DNA of 51,090 bases, the filler included, from Circinaria calcarea (lineage: Eukaryota): the NCBI GenBank assembly GCA_051942165.1. It is 2 parts of 2 records of this genome, joined end to end, with 100 filler letters (N's around TTAATTAATTAA, not from the genome) between each part and the next. Parts side by side here need not be neighbours in the genome. Positions count along the whole stretch, not along the records: positions 25,623 to 51,090 come from JAVECS010000091.1; 1 more part is not named here. One strand, 5' to 3'. The first letter of the stretch is position 1. Each line of letters opens with the position of its first letter. Positions 35,770-48,742 of the stretch are shown piece after piece. A program made the translations under genes and the position numbers. A model generated the notes under the pieces. The model was not told where the DNA came from, did not search any database, and worked only from the letters and a program-made list of their open reading frames with translations.

Positions 35770-37067
35770 ATAACGGTCGCGACGAGGTCACGACGTCATG
35801 GATGGGATTGCAGTCTGCGGGAAAGAGCAAAGGGTTCTATCGGGAGTCCAGGAGTAGACTTGGAGGTTGTTGATATCCACTGCTTGATCTGCGGTAATCT
35901 CAAGCTCCTTTTGTTATGTAACCCATAGCTTGTCCGACTGACTGGACATCCGAATGATAGCGCACGTCAGAAAGCGATGTTCGCCTTTACATTTCACCCA
36001 CCATCCTCTACCATGCTATTGAGTAATGGACCTCTTTGGTGATTGTCATGAACCGGTAACTCGCTAAATGTGTAGATGGTCTGGGACAGGGTTCTGAAAT
36101 CTTTGTTCTAGTCTTCTATGTACCATGAGGTTATTGATCATGCTCACCTTGGTGTTGAGTATGGATAGACCTAGGTAACTCGGAACAGACTAAGATTACT
36201 AGTAGCAGATCTAAATCCAGCCCTATTAGGTCACCGTTGTTATACATCTAGGGGGGGATCCTGGTGTTTGAATGATTGGCACCAATTTATCTCGATCTCG
36301 ACAGGGAGCACGGGAATATTATCGACTACGGATTAAATGGAAGATTGTTGAATATCCAACGGACACTGAAGACTCTCTTGCTTGAACTTCCGGGCTGTGA
36401 CAGTAACGTTCTACAGTCCTAGTACTTTGTTCGATGAAACTACTACTATCTAGGTAGTCAACCTGCTATAAAACATCCTAAAGCCAGGGCACGCCGTGGA
36501 ATAAAGCCCTGGGCTGTCCAGCAACTCGATTAACCCCCAAGCCTATTCCCGAGGTCGGGTTTGATGCGCAAGATAGTTAGCAGAGGATGTAATGGCTCGA
36601 CATCGCTACCTAACCGGTTTACCTTCCATTCTACCTCTTCTCTCGGGATTCTCAATGTCCCTGCTGCTACTTGGGTTGGTCTATTTCGACCAGTTACAAT
36701 ACGTCATTGCTACGGGATCACCTAATCCCGAGAACAAATTATGCAACTGGATGTGCATTTCCAAACCGTTCCATTGTACATGCTACTAGTTAGCTGGCCC
36801 AGCTTGTTCTACCGATGTAACATGAAGCTCCAAGTATACTGTAGATCGACAGTGCAAGACCTGGATGCGGCTGCAGGAGAAAGCTCTGTGATCAAATGTG
36901 CGACCCTGTCCACCATGAACAAGTAGCTTGCTCTCCCTTCGTCAATGAGCGAGCATATTCAGGTCCCCCCACTGTTGCTGACTAACACCCATCCTCCATT
37001 GTACAAGATAAACACATGCAAGAACCCTCCCGCTCAGACTTGATGATTATCGGAAATTAAGGATCTG

Positions 37068-40000
37068 ATGATTGTCGCGGACATGGATATCAACTCGCTC
37101 CTTTCGCCGCAGGACTCACCTGTCGATGAGACACCACCCGCCCCGCCGCCATCAACCATGGCAGCTACCACCAAAAGGACCCGAAGAACCAAATCATCGG
37201 CTCCTACCTCCAAAGTTGGCTTCTCACCCCTCTCAAAGGCTACACTCCCATCCGATCCACAGGTACACAATGCCGCTCCCAAAAGTCGACCTCCACTACA
37301 TTCACCGCCTTCAAGCGGCTCGGGACCACCTATACTCTTGAAATCAATCAGCTCACTCAGCACATCGTCAACCGAGAACATGAAATCGGATCGGCAGCTG
37401 TCAACATCAGGCATGGATACACTGGCAGACCTAGCCTCCATGCAGCACCATCAACAGGAGGCGAGGGCGAACGCTGGAGGGCTGCGAAGCACAGAGGTCT
37501 ACGACACACAACTTGCCCCCGCAAAGATCCTTCCGAACCTACATACCTTGTCTCGAACCCCGTCAATCTCTCTGGGCTCCTTGGATCTCAGTATGCAGGA
37601 TGCTCCGACACAGACTCCTCCACGGACATTCACCGCTACATCTTTATCCGAGTCGGATCTCGAGACGGTTGCACGGCTTGTCAGCTACCTTGCTGAAAAT
37701 CCATACGCATACGAATCACATGTACAGCTAGTCAAGCTGTTGCACCAAGGGCTTATCACTCATGTATACGGACTTTCCGCATCCACAGCTCACCGCGATC
37801 CCCATACCTATGATCTTCTTCAAGATCTTCACCAGGCAACCGCGGCCATGGATCTGAGGTTCGCTTTAGGCGAAGATCTATGGGCAGATAGGCTGCAAGA
37901 TCAGCAGCTTCTTGCAAATTCCTTGGAGGATTGTATCGGGGTGGCTGAAACATACAAGAAAGCTGTGCAAGAGGAAACGGGAAGTACCAAGCTTTGGCTA
38001 ATGTATGGTAACTGGATGCTTTCGCTTTATAACACGGCACATGGTTACGAGACAAGCTCCGGGGATATGAGCGGAACCGTGACCTTGGCGAAAGCATGGT
38101 CGGACGAAGATAAGCTGGACGGCAAGGAACTGTTTGGAAGGCAACAAGTGCTAGATACTTGGCAGCAGGGCGCAGAAGAGACGAAGTTCCGGATCCACGA
38201 CAGCCATCTTGTATGGGATCGCTACACTGAGTTTCTGATGCAAGATTTGGGTCAAGCGGCAAATGTCGAAGCAATTGCTGCAATGAAGACTCATTTCTTG
38301 GATCGGTTGCAAATTCCCCATGCAACGTGGGACCAAACCTTTCAGTTGTTTTCCACCTTCATGTCGACGTACGATAATGCGATGTACGAGGGGACCATGG
38401 TGACGGCAAATCGTCAATGCGCACATGCAAAGACCACCTACGCGTTGCGTGAAGGTTTCGAGATGAAGCTGAAGAGAGCGGTAGAAGCCGGGGATAAAAG
38501 CTCTGAGTGGAATGTTTACAGCGAATACCTGGATTGGGAATTGAGTCAGAGTCGTAAGAAAAAGGTATTCAACTATGATCTAATAAATGCACTGTACCAG
38601 CGCGCCAATATCAGGTTTCCAATAGATACGAATTTATGGGAAGACTATCTCATGTTTTTTATTGACGAGGTCGACGACAACCATCGTCCACATATCTTAG
38701 CGCTACCGGTACTTGAAAGAGCTACCAGGCATTGCCCTTGGTCGGGGACGTTATGGCAACAGTATCTGCAGGCTGCAGAACGCGAAAACCTACCTTTCAC
38801 GGATATTGGAGAAATCAAGCACAAAGCTACGAGTTCCGGGCTCCTTGATGCTGGGGGTATGGAGGAGATTTTGAAGGTGCATACAGCTTGGTGTGGATAT
38901 CTGAGAAGGCAGGCTTTCCGCCAAGATTCAACCGATGAGGAACTCGACGTCGCAGAGGTCGGTATCAGATCTGCTATAGAAGACATGGAGACTCTTGGAC
39001 GTCAAAAGTATGGCAAAGACTACAAAGGAGATCCGCAGTATCGACTAGAGCGGATTTATATCAAATATCTAAGCCAAAGCCGTAACTGGAAAGGGGCACG
39101 AGATACCTGGAAAAGCCTGGTGGCTCGTCATGGGGATAGCTATGAGTTTTGGATGAGGTACTACGCATGGGAGATGCTTACTTGGGGGAAGCTCGTGCAC
39201 TATGAGAACGCTGCACCGAATCAGGTTCCTAGCGAAGCAACAAAGGTTCTCCGCCAAGCCGTTAAGAGGCCTAATATGGACTGGCCAGAGAAAATTATTG
39301 ATACCTTTTTGAGCCATTGCGAGGATCATGAGAATGTTGCAGAACTCCAGTCCGCCTTGATTCTGACAAGGAAAGCAATGAAAGCTGTGACTAAGAAGAG
39401 AGCAAAAGAGGCGCTCGATGCTGCCGTGACTGCTCAGTTGCACCAGCAATCATACTTTGCAGAAGCAACCGGACTGCAAGATAGTCCAAATGGCGGTAAG
39501 AGAAAGCGAGGAGATGCTGAGAATATAGAGGATGAGACGATTGCCAAGAGGACTCGATCGGATGTTGTGGAAACGCGGGGAACAGCAACTGAAGAGCAAC
39601 CACCGTCTGCCAATAACTCGCCAAAACGAGATCGGGAGAATGCAACGGTGATAGTGAAGAGTTTGCCACCACAAACGACGGAAACGAGAGTACGGCAGTA
39701 TTTTAGAGATGTAAATACCTTGACTCTCAATGTTATATCCACCATGGTGCTAATCGGCTTACAGTGCGGTACAATCAATAGTCTGAAGATTTCGCTCGAC
39801 AATGACGGTTCATCCGCTACTGCCACCATCGAGTTTGACTCGAAGGAGGATGTCCTCACAGCGCAAACGAGAGACATGAAGATATTCGATGGCCATTCTA
39901 TAAATGTTCAGGTGGGCAGCGGCTCGACCCTATTTGTCACTAATTTCCCGAAAACCGCGGATGAGGCGTATATTCGAGAAAAGTTTAGCCAGGTAAGATG

Positions 40001-41308
40001 TGCGTACTCGAAACTAGTACATGGGGCTTACGCGAAACCAGTATGGTGAAATCGTTGACGTACGGTTCCCTTCGCTGAAATTCAACAACGCACGGCGCTT
40101 TTGCTATCTACAGTTCAAGTCACCAAGTCAAGCCCAAGCAGCTACCGAGTTGGATGGTAAGAAAATAGACGGCAAATTGACATTACTCGCGAAGATTTCG
40201 GATCCTACCCATAAGCAAGAACGAAGCGGGCCTCTGGCTGAGGGACGGGAGATTTATGTGTCGAATGTGGACTGGATATCTACGGAAGGCGAGATTAGGG
40301 AAGTATTCTCGAAATACGGCAAAGTGGAAAGTGTTCGCGTCCCAAGAAATCTCGCAGGCAAGAGTAAGGGTATAGCATTTGTGGTATTCTCAAATAGGGT
40401 GAGTCTTGACCATTCGATGACCTACTTAATCCAAGCTAAATTTGTCCTAGAACGAAGCAAATGCGGCTCTTGAGTTAAACCTTACCAAATTCAAGTCTCG
40501 ACTTCTCAATGTTTCCGTTTCGACTGCCAAGCCAACAACCCGCACGACTACGGTCTTCAATCCCACCTCCCCACTCTCCACGTCCACCTCACCACAACCT
40601 GAGCCAGCTGCCTCAAATGGTACCGTACATCATTCTCCCATCCTTCCATCCACCGTCTCGCAACCGCCTTCCTCTGACCACCCAACCCGCGAAGAAATCT
40701 CCTCCCGTACATTTGCCCTTTTCAACATTCCCGACACTGTCAACTCCGATCGCATCCGCGCTCTCGTGGAGCCTTATGGTGCTGTCGTTAAGATCACCTT
40801 ACGACACGATCACCGAGGTGCGATTATCGAGTTTGCGGATCTGGCTGGCGCGGGAAAAGCAGCATTAGGATTAGACGGATATGAGATTTCACCGGGCCGG
40901 AAGATCGGGGTCGGTACGGTAGGGGAAATGATGAAGGAAAAGGCGGAATGGAGAAGTGATAGGATAGGTGTCGGTGGGGGTGCAGGGAAGAAGGAAAAGG
41001 GGAAGGGAAATGGAGAGGAGAACGGGGAAGAGGAAACGAAGAAAGCATTGCAGGCCGGAGCCGTTATTCGGAGGCCGGGACAGGCAACAGGGAGAGGAGG
41101 CAGGAGAGGGCGTCTGGGGATCAAACGAGGCGGAACGGGACTGAATGGGAGTAGGACGTTAGGCCATGCTGGCAGCGGCGGCGGAGACGAAGGAGCAAGG
41201 ACCGAAACCCATGAATCATTGGTGGAAGGTAAGGAAAAGGAAAAGGACAAAGAAAAGGGTGGGCCGAAGAGTAACGCGGATTTCAAGGCCATGTTCCTCA
41301 AAGGCTAA
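37068..41308 (+). CDS. PRP24: U4/U6 snRNP recycling factor Prp24/SART3 (HAT repeats + RRMs + Lsm-interaction motif)
   Basis: HAT-like repeats (LERATRHCPWSGTLW), RRMs (TVIVKSLP, TLFVTNFP, RRFCYLQF, KSKGIAFVVF), C-terminal KSNADFKAMFLK; introns 39711-39764, 39993-40041, 40399-40450. Confidence 0.94.
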
Positions 41309-41706
41309 GTAAGGTTGGGGAATCCCCGAGGGAAATGGAAATCTTGATACCCTTGTTCATTTTTGCAAATGTGGCTCTTTGGCGACGGGGGGTTTTTCCG
41401 GACGAATTTTTACTTTCGGCTAAGGGAGATGGATGGGTTTTTAAAATAGTGATTGATGGTAATGATTTTTCGCCAGTCGAGGGCACACACACAAAACTCG
41501 TACTTGTACTTGTACCCCTGGTGGTTGGCTGTGAGATAAGATATGACAATAACCATCTTAGGTAATGGTAATAAGCGAAAGAAATCCAAATCCAATCACG
41601 CTCACTGCCTTACAAACATGTGTATGGTGTTTTTTGTGGTCGTGGTCGCTTGGGTTGGTTGGGTTGGGTTGGGGCTTTTTTTGTTGAAAGACTGTTGTGT
41701 TCCTGT

Positions 41707-41766
41707 TTTTCTTTTTCTTTTTCTTTTTCCTTTTCCTTTTCCTTTTCCTTTTCCTTTTCCTTTTCC
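41707..41766. repeat. (TTTTCC/TTTTTC)n hexamer microsatellite
   Basis: About ten tandem pyrimidine hexamers. Confidence 0.9.
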
Positions 41767-42215
41767 GATAGACCAATAGGAAGAGAGGGGAGAGAGGGAG
41801 AGTCGCGCTAGTTTTATGGAGCGGGGAGCATGGATTGGGGAGGTTGCCTTGGCTTTTGCTTTTTGCGTTTGACCCTCGTGCGTCTACTGCGCTTTTTCAA
41901 ATTGGGGAATCGGCCTCGTCCGTGGGGGTGGTGTATCGAGAAAAGTAACTACAGTACCGTATGAGATATTCCCGTGCTCGGTTTTTTACCCCCCCTCCCT
42001 ATGACGACCTACTCATTTTTCGTGTGGAATTAGGGCACATCCGAGCCCGACCTAGAAGGAGGAGAGCCGATGAAGCTAGCAACGAAAGCACCCTCTCTAC
42101 CCTCAGACCTCTCTGCTTGATCGGCGAGAAAGTCAGCTCGATCAAGATAATGCAGTGAATGCAGCAGTTTCATGAGCACTGAGACGAAGCCTGATTGAAA
42201 TGCTGTATACGAACG

Positions 42216-43984
<1,769 letters not shown>

Positions 43985-44689
43985 CTACGGGAGAAGGGGG
44001 AAGGGGAAAGAGAGAGTACCCGGCGGAGCGGTTTTTTAATTAGCTTTTATCCCTTTTTGATGAGGTGGGTGCATGGGGATCTGAGCGTGGAGAACTGGTT
44101 AAAGAAAGTCATGTTGCGTTTTAGCTTGGTTGGGTAATTGGTTGGGTAGATAGGTGGATAGGGTTGGGCGGGTGTTTGAACGACGGTTGAGAAGAGAGGA
44201 GGGGGGCAAGTATGTCAGCATTGGTAATGATGGAAGGGGAGGGAAATTCACTATATTGCCATTGATTGATGGAGGCTGTGTTTCAATTTGAGTAGAATAA
44301 AAATAGAATGGCGCCCTTTCTTTCCGCTTGCCCGCTTTCCCCGTCCCTGCCTACTACCTTCCATACCCCATCCCGATCCCCACCTCGACTCCACATTATA
44401 AGCATTTTCGTCCTGCGCACAGTTAGCCCATTCGTGCTGCTTTGCTCTCTTTCCAGACGGCTATGTTTTCCGATAGAAGTCCGATGTATGTTTAGTCTAG
44501 ATGGATTTAACGTGATTGCAACTCCGTCGATTCGTGTCTTGCTGCTCCTCTTTCTCTTCTGGCTTCTCTGACACTTTCTTGACTTGCTCCTCCCATTAGG
44601 TTGGGTGTCAAATAAGCGGCAGGCTTGAAAAGCCCCTTCATGTGCATTTGTAGGCCGGAGCGAAATTGCCACTTGTTTTTAGACCCAGC

Positions 44690-45690
44690 CTAATGCTGAA
44701 GAGAAGAAGTACTCTTCCCGTCAATCCTAAGGCAAGACTCAGGCACAAGTGATTCATACAACCTTCCATCCAAGTCCTTCACTCTGTACATATACATATC
44801 CCTGCTTTTGTCATACATCGTGGCGACTACAGTCATCGACCATTCAATATGACCAGTTTCCGCATTTCTCATCAAGGCTTCTTGGCCTCTGAGGTATAAA
44901 GGCTCATACTAGAATGGCTAGTCTCAGCATAACTTCTGTTAAATCGATTCGTTATTCAGAAGGATTACGGAATGGGGACAAGTACAAATGAAAAATTCCT
45001 TTACCTACTCTTTTTTTATCCTTTGCCCGTTGTACATGCGCCGTTGCCATTGCCTTGGCCGCTTGTTGTTGTTGATGCATGCCGGGCTAGAGGCGACCGA
45101 TATTAGGGGTCTTGTCCGATGCTATGTAGTCGTCTAGGATTTCTTGCTTCTTCAGATGCTTGGCTTTGGCCCTTCTGTTCTCATACCAGTTCTAAGATTG
45201 ACGTCAGTAAGGCCCCAAGACGGTACCGTCATTCTCTACAGTGGATTGATCACTGACATTGACCTTGTCAAGAGACAGTCCGACTTGCGCGGCCAACTGC
45301 TTCTTAACCTCCGTAATGGGTTCCGACTCTCCCTGGAAATGCTCCTCCAAGACGTTAGTCTGCTCCGTCGTCAGGCGAGGTCGACTGGACGCGACGACCT
45401 TGTCCTCCTTTTGACCGGCAAGGTCCTGGTCATCATTTGGCTGCATTAATTGAGCGACCAGAGGGCCATCTAGGTCCTGTATTGTCTTCCCTAGTTTTTC
45501 CGACGACCTCTTCCTCTTCATCTAGCTATTATCCTTTGTCTCTCCCTACTATCTCTTTCTTAAGATCTTCTTTCTCAGACTCTTTCACCTCTCTCTTTAC
45601 TCCGAGAACAGTTGTTAATTCAGCGGTCATTCGCCTCTTACGAAGTTTGTGCGTATGTTCGAATAAGATGTCCTGATCTTGTTCTGGAAT
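44690..45690 (-). pseudogene. Disrupted 3' portion of the same gene, including a homeodomain and a small C-terminal module
   Basis: Reading frame continues past TAG 45693-45691 (IPEQDQDILFEHT); stops TAA TAG at 45531-45526, a frame change, homeodomain RPRLTTEQTNVLEEHF...KVN|NWYENRRAKAK (intron 45257-45192), TAG 45089-45087, intron 45008-44909, last exon to 44690. Confidence 0.7.
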
Positions 45691-48398
45691 CTACTGTTTA
45701 ATGATAATGAAGGAAGGGTCAAGCTTTGCATACAGGTCAGCTTTTTTCAAAACGGATCTGCAGCAATGGGTGTGCTATACCTGGTCGTACTCCCATGGTA
45801 AGTGGTAGTTATCTAGGGTCTCTGCATCCAAATACTTCCTATTGACTTTAATATACGTCGGCCTCGCTAGAGCCGAAACGTTCGGGGCATCGCTCTCCAT
45901 ATCTGACCCAAGATCTGACCCAAGATCTGGCCCCTTCCCTTTATATAATATCTTCTCGATTTCCTCTTCCGTATATCCGTTCGATCGAAGGGTCTTTGTC
46001 ATTCTCTCTCGATATTCCTTATCAGCCGCCTCCTTCGCTTTCTCCGCTTTTTCTTTCTCTTCGGCGTTGTACTTCTCGACTGCTTTCTTCGCGAGTTCTC
46101 TTTTCTCCCTTTCTGGTTTCGCCTTCTCCACTGCTATGTACTCCAATATACGCTCTAACCCGTCGTTCTTCTTTCGTAAGCTCTCGATCTTCGTTTTCAT
46201 TCCGTAATCGATTTTACACGGCGTCTCTTCTTCCCTGTCAACTTTATCATTTGCATCCAGTTGACTGCCTCCGCGATATATTCTTGTATTCCCATGAAGC
46301 CCGAAAATGGTTCCTGGACCACTAGCTTCACGATCTGACATAGCTTGTACAGGTATCTAATAGAGTGCATTAGTACCTTTAATTTCAGATTGGTAAACGA
46401 CAACTTGCATGGTCTTCTTCACCAAATGAAGTATCAAGGCCAGCCATATCAGATGGGCCCCAAGTTGGATCTACACCTCGTACCCCACTCTGTCTCTCAG
46501 GACAGTCTCTAGCCAGGTGACCGGAATTACTACAGATAAGGCAAATGATGTTCGCAGTACTGTCCACACCAAGCACAGTATCGTCCCTAAAATGGTCTGC
46601 AAAATCTGGTAATCCACTTTCTTCCACCGACGCGGAGGACGATCGATCCATGATAGAAGGTGAGAAAGGCCGAACAACATCTGGAGAGGGAGTATCTGGA
46701 AGGCCAGGGTCGTCAGCGTCCTCTGCTTCGGGGAGGAAGGTTTGCTGATTCCCATGTTCTTCGTTTCCGCTATCTTCACGTGACACTGGTAGGCTACTTT
46801 GATTCCTCGAAATGGAAGCTTGTGAGTCCACATCGTCTTCAGCTTCCTCTAGGTTATTAGGAAGTGCAAAGAGGGCGAGCTCTTCGAGGTGACGGCCTAA
46901 ATGCTTTTGGAGTGGGTTCCTTCCTATAATCTTAACATCACAAAGTGGGCAGGAGAACTCAAAGTTTTTAGCAACAGGCGTTGCGCGCATCTCAATCAAG
47001 GCCGGTATCTGGGCTTCTGTGATAGCAACTGGTGAGATGGCCTTGAGATGCGCAACTAGTTGCGCGCTAGAGAGAAACGTCCTCTCACAGTGACCACCGC
47101 AGGTCCACATTCTTCGGTGCCGTTGGAGTTCGTGAGCAAACCACTGACGCCTGCTCTCGTACGTCTCATTCAGATTCGAGCAGTCTTTGAAGGTACACAT
47201 ATAGGGTTGTAGGTCTCTGTATACGCTTTGGTAGTGATCACAGGAATTAGTGTAGGTCTTAGTTGAATAGAAACTATAGTCTTACTGTTTCCTCCATGCG
47301 TGTGTGCCTTTCACAATCTCGATTGTGTGGCAAAAGGGGCATTCGAAAGGTTGCCCATTAGCAGCTTCTTTGGGCATCGAAGGGACACGCGTACTGGTAG
47401 GACGACCAACAGATGTTGCATAAGAGGTTTCACTTTGTAAGTCATATATGTCCTTGGAAGCCATTTCTCTATCAGGGTCACGAAATCCAGATGCAGTGGT
47501 TTCACTCGGCGCTGTGATAGTGTCTTTGCCATCGACGGCGTGTGCGAGTTTGGCAGCATGAAGTTCTCGATATCTAAGGAATTGCCGTCGCCGAGAAAGA
47601 GCTTTTCCTAGCCTGTCGATTATGAAGTTCTGGGCAATGGGAAACTTTTGCTCTACATGTGCGATATCGAACCACTCGAAGTGAGCCGTGTCTATGTCTG
47701 CCGATTTGTTATATCGATTCCTCCAGGTGGAGTCACGGACACTCATAGAAAGTCTGTAGAGGGAGTTGATGATTTGCGTTATATCGAGGAATATCTGCTC
47801 TATTTCGGTTGGCCGGTCCAGTCCATTATCTTCGTCCTCTAGGTCGGAGTCTGAGGAGTCAGAACCCACGGTCTTATCAAGGCCCTGGCGAGAGCCCTCA
47901 GCAATAGATATAGCTACATAACATTAACAGAGCCTTCTATGGAATGAGTGTTGCCAGATCTGTCTGGCATATGAAACTTTCTGAGACGATAAGGGGTTTA
48001 GCAAGAAAGAGTAAGTCCATAGCAGAAAAAGTTTTTGCGAATAGGGCCGAGACACCATAACCCGATGAACGTCTTAGAGCACGTGGATTATATAGAAGCT
48101 CAAAGAGACAGCTCTTACCGTCTAGCAGTACCATATTGAGATCTTTTAATAAACGAATAAAACGTATCTTAATATAACCTGCATCTTTAAGACGGTAGTC
48201 TAAGCTACTTTTCAGTGTACCGCTCTGGTGAGCTCCAATGTTGCCTGACCAGACCCTAAATCGTCCGCTGGAGTCCGCTGCTGCAATTCGTAGTGATTGT
48301 GTATTGTTCTGCGGCGATTCATCTCCGAGTGCCTTTTGCAGGGCGGTAAACGATGCCAAACAGGCGGCTACATGAGGAGCGGTTGAGGTGGTATCCAT
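45691..48398 (-). CDS. Multi-module protein: N-terminal helical domain + C2H2-type zinc fingers + CCHC knuckle + further module; ends at a premature TAG
   Basis: Exons 48398-48119, 47913-47286, 47225-46409, 46356-45781, 45723- splice in frame: RFRVWSGNIGAHQSG..SSLDYRL, RLGKALSRRRQFLRYR, FECPFC..WRKHVYRDLQPYMCTF, CPLC..LQKHLGRH, CLICSNSGHLARDC, RPTYIKV..LPWEYD. Confidence 0.8.
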
Positions 48399-48742
48399 AG
48401 TATCCAAGATGCTATTTTGGTGAAGAATTGTGTTGTATACGATCACCCTAGAGCTGGATGCCAATAATAACGGATAGAAGATATGTATATAGGATCAAAT
48501 AGCTTTGGCTTTAGCTTTAATCTTATTACTAGATGATATCCACTGCTCCCATTAGTCGAGTAGATCGGGCATGCGAACAAGTAGGACAACTATTTGAAAT
48601 AGTAGCGCAACCGCATTAGATATGATGGATCGCGGCTGAGAGGGTGGCGCAGACGCTATTGCGCTCCTGTATCACGCACGGCCACCATATCTCACCCTCA
48701 AAGCTTTGTCCTTACTGAGTAGAGTTCACTATAAAGATTGCA

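Noticed and set aside
35830..37030. Possible tRNA or ncRNA in the TF-PRP24 intergenic region (hairpin near 36482-36514)
   Set aside because: No cloverleaf, A/B boxes or C/D boxes with a terminal stem found
37068..41308. Functional clustering of PRP24 with the snRNA guide RNA
   Set aside because: 30 kb apart and separated by an artificial contig join; no evidence of linkage
41543..41811. ORFs with FPFPFP, RKRKRK or SFSFSF runs
   Set aside because: Translations of the hexamer microsatellite
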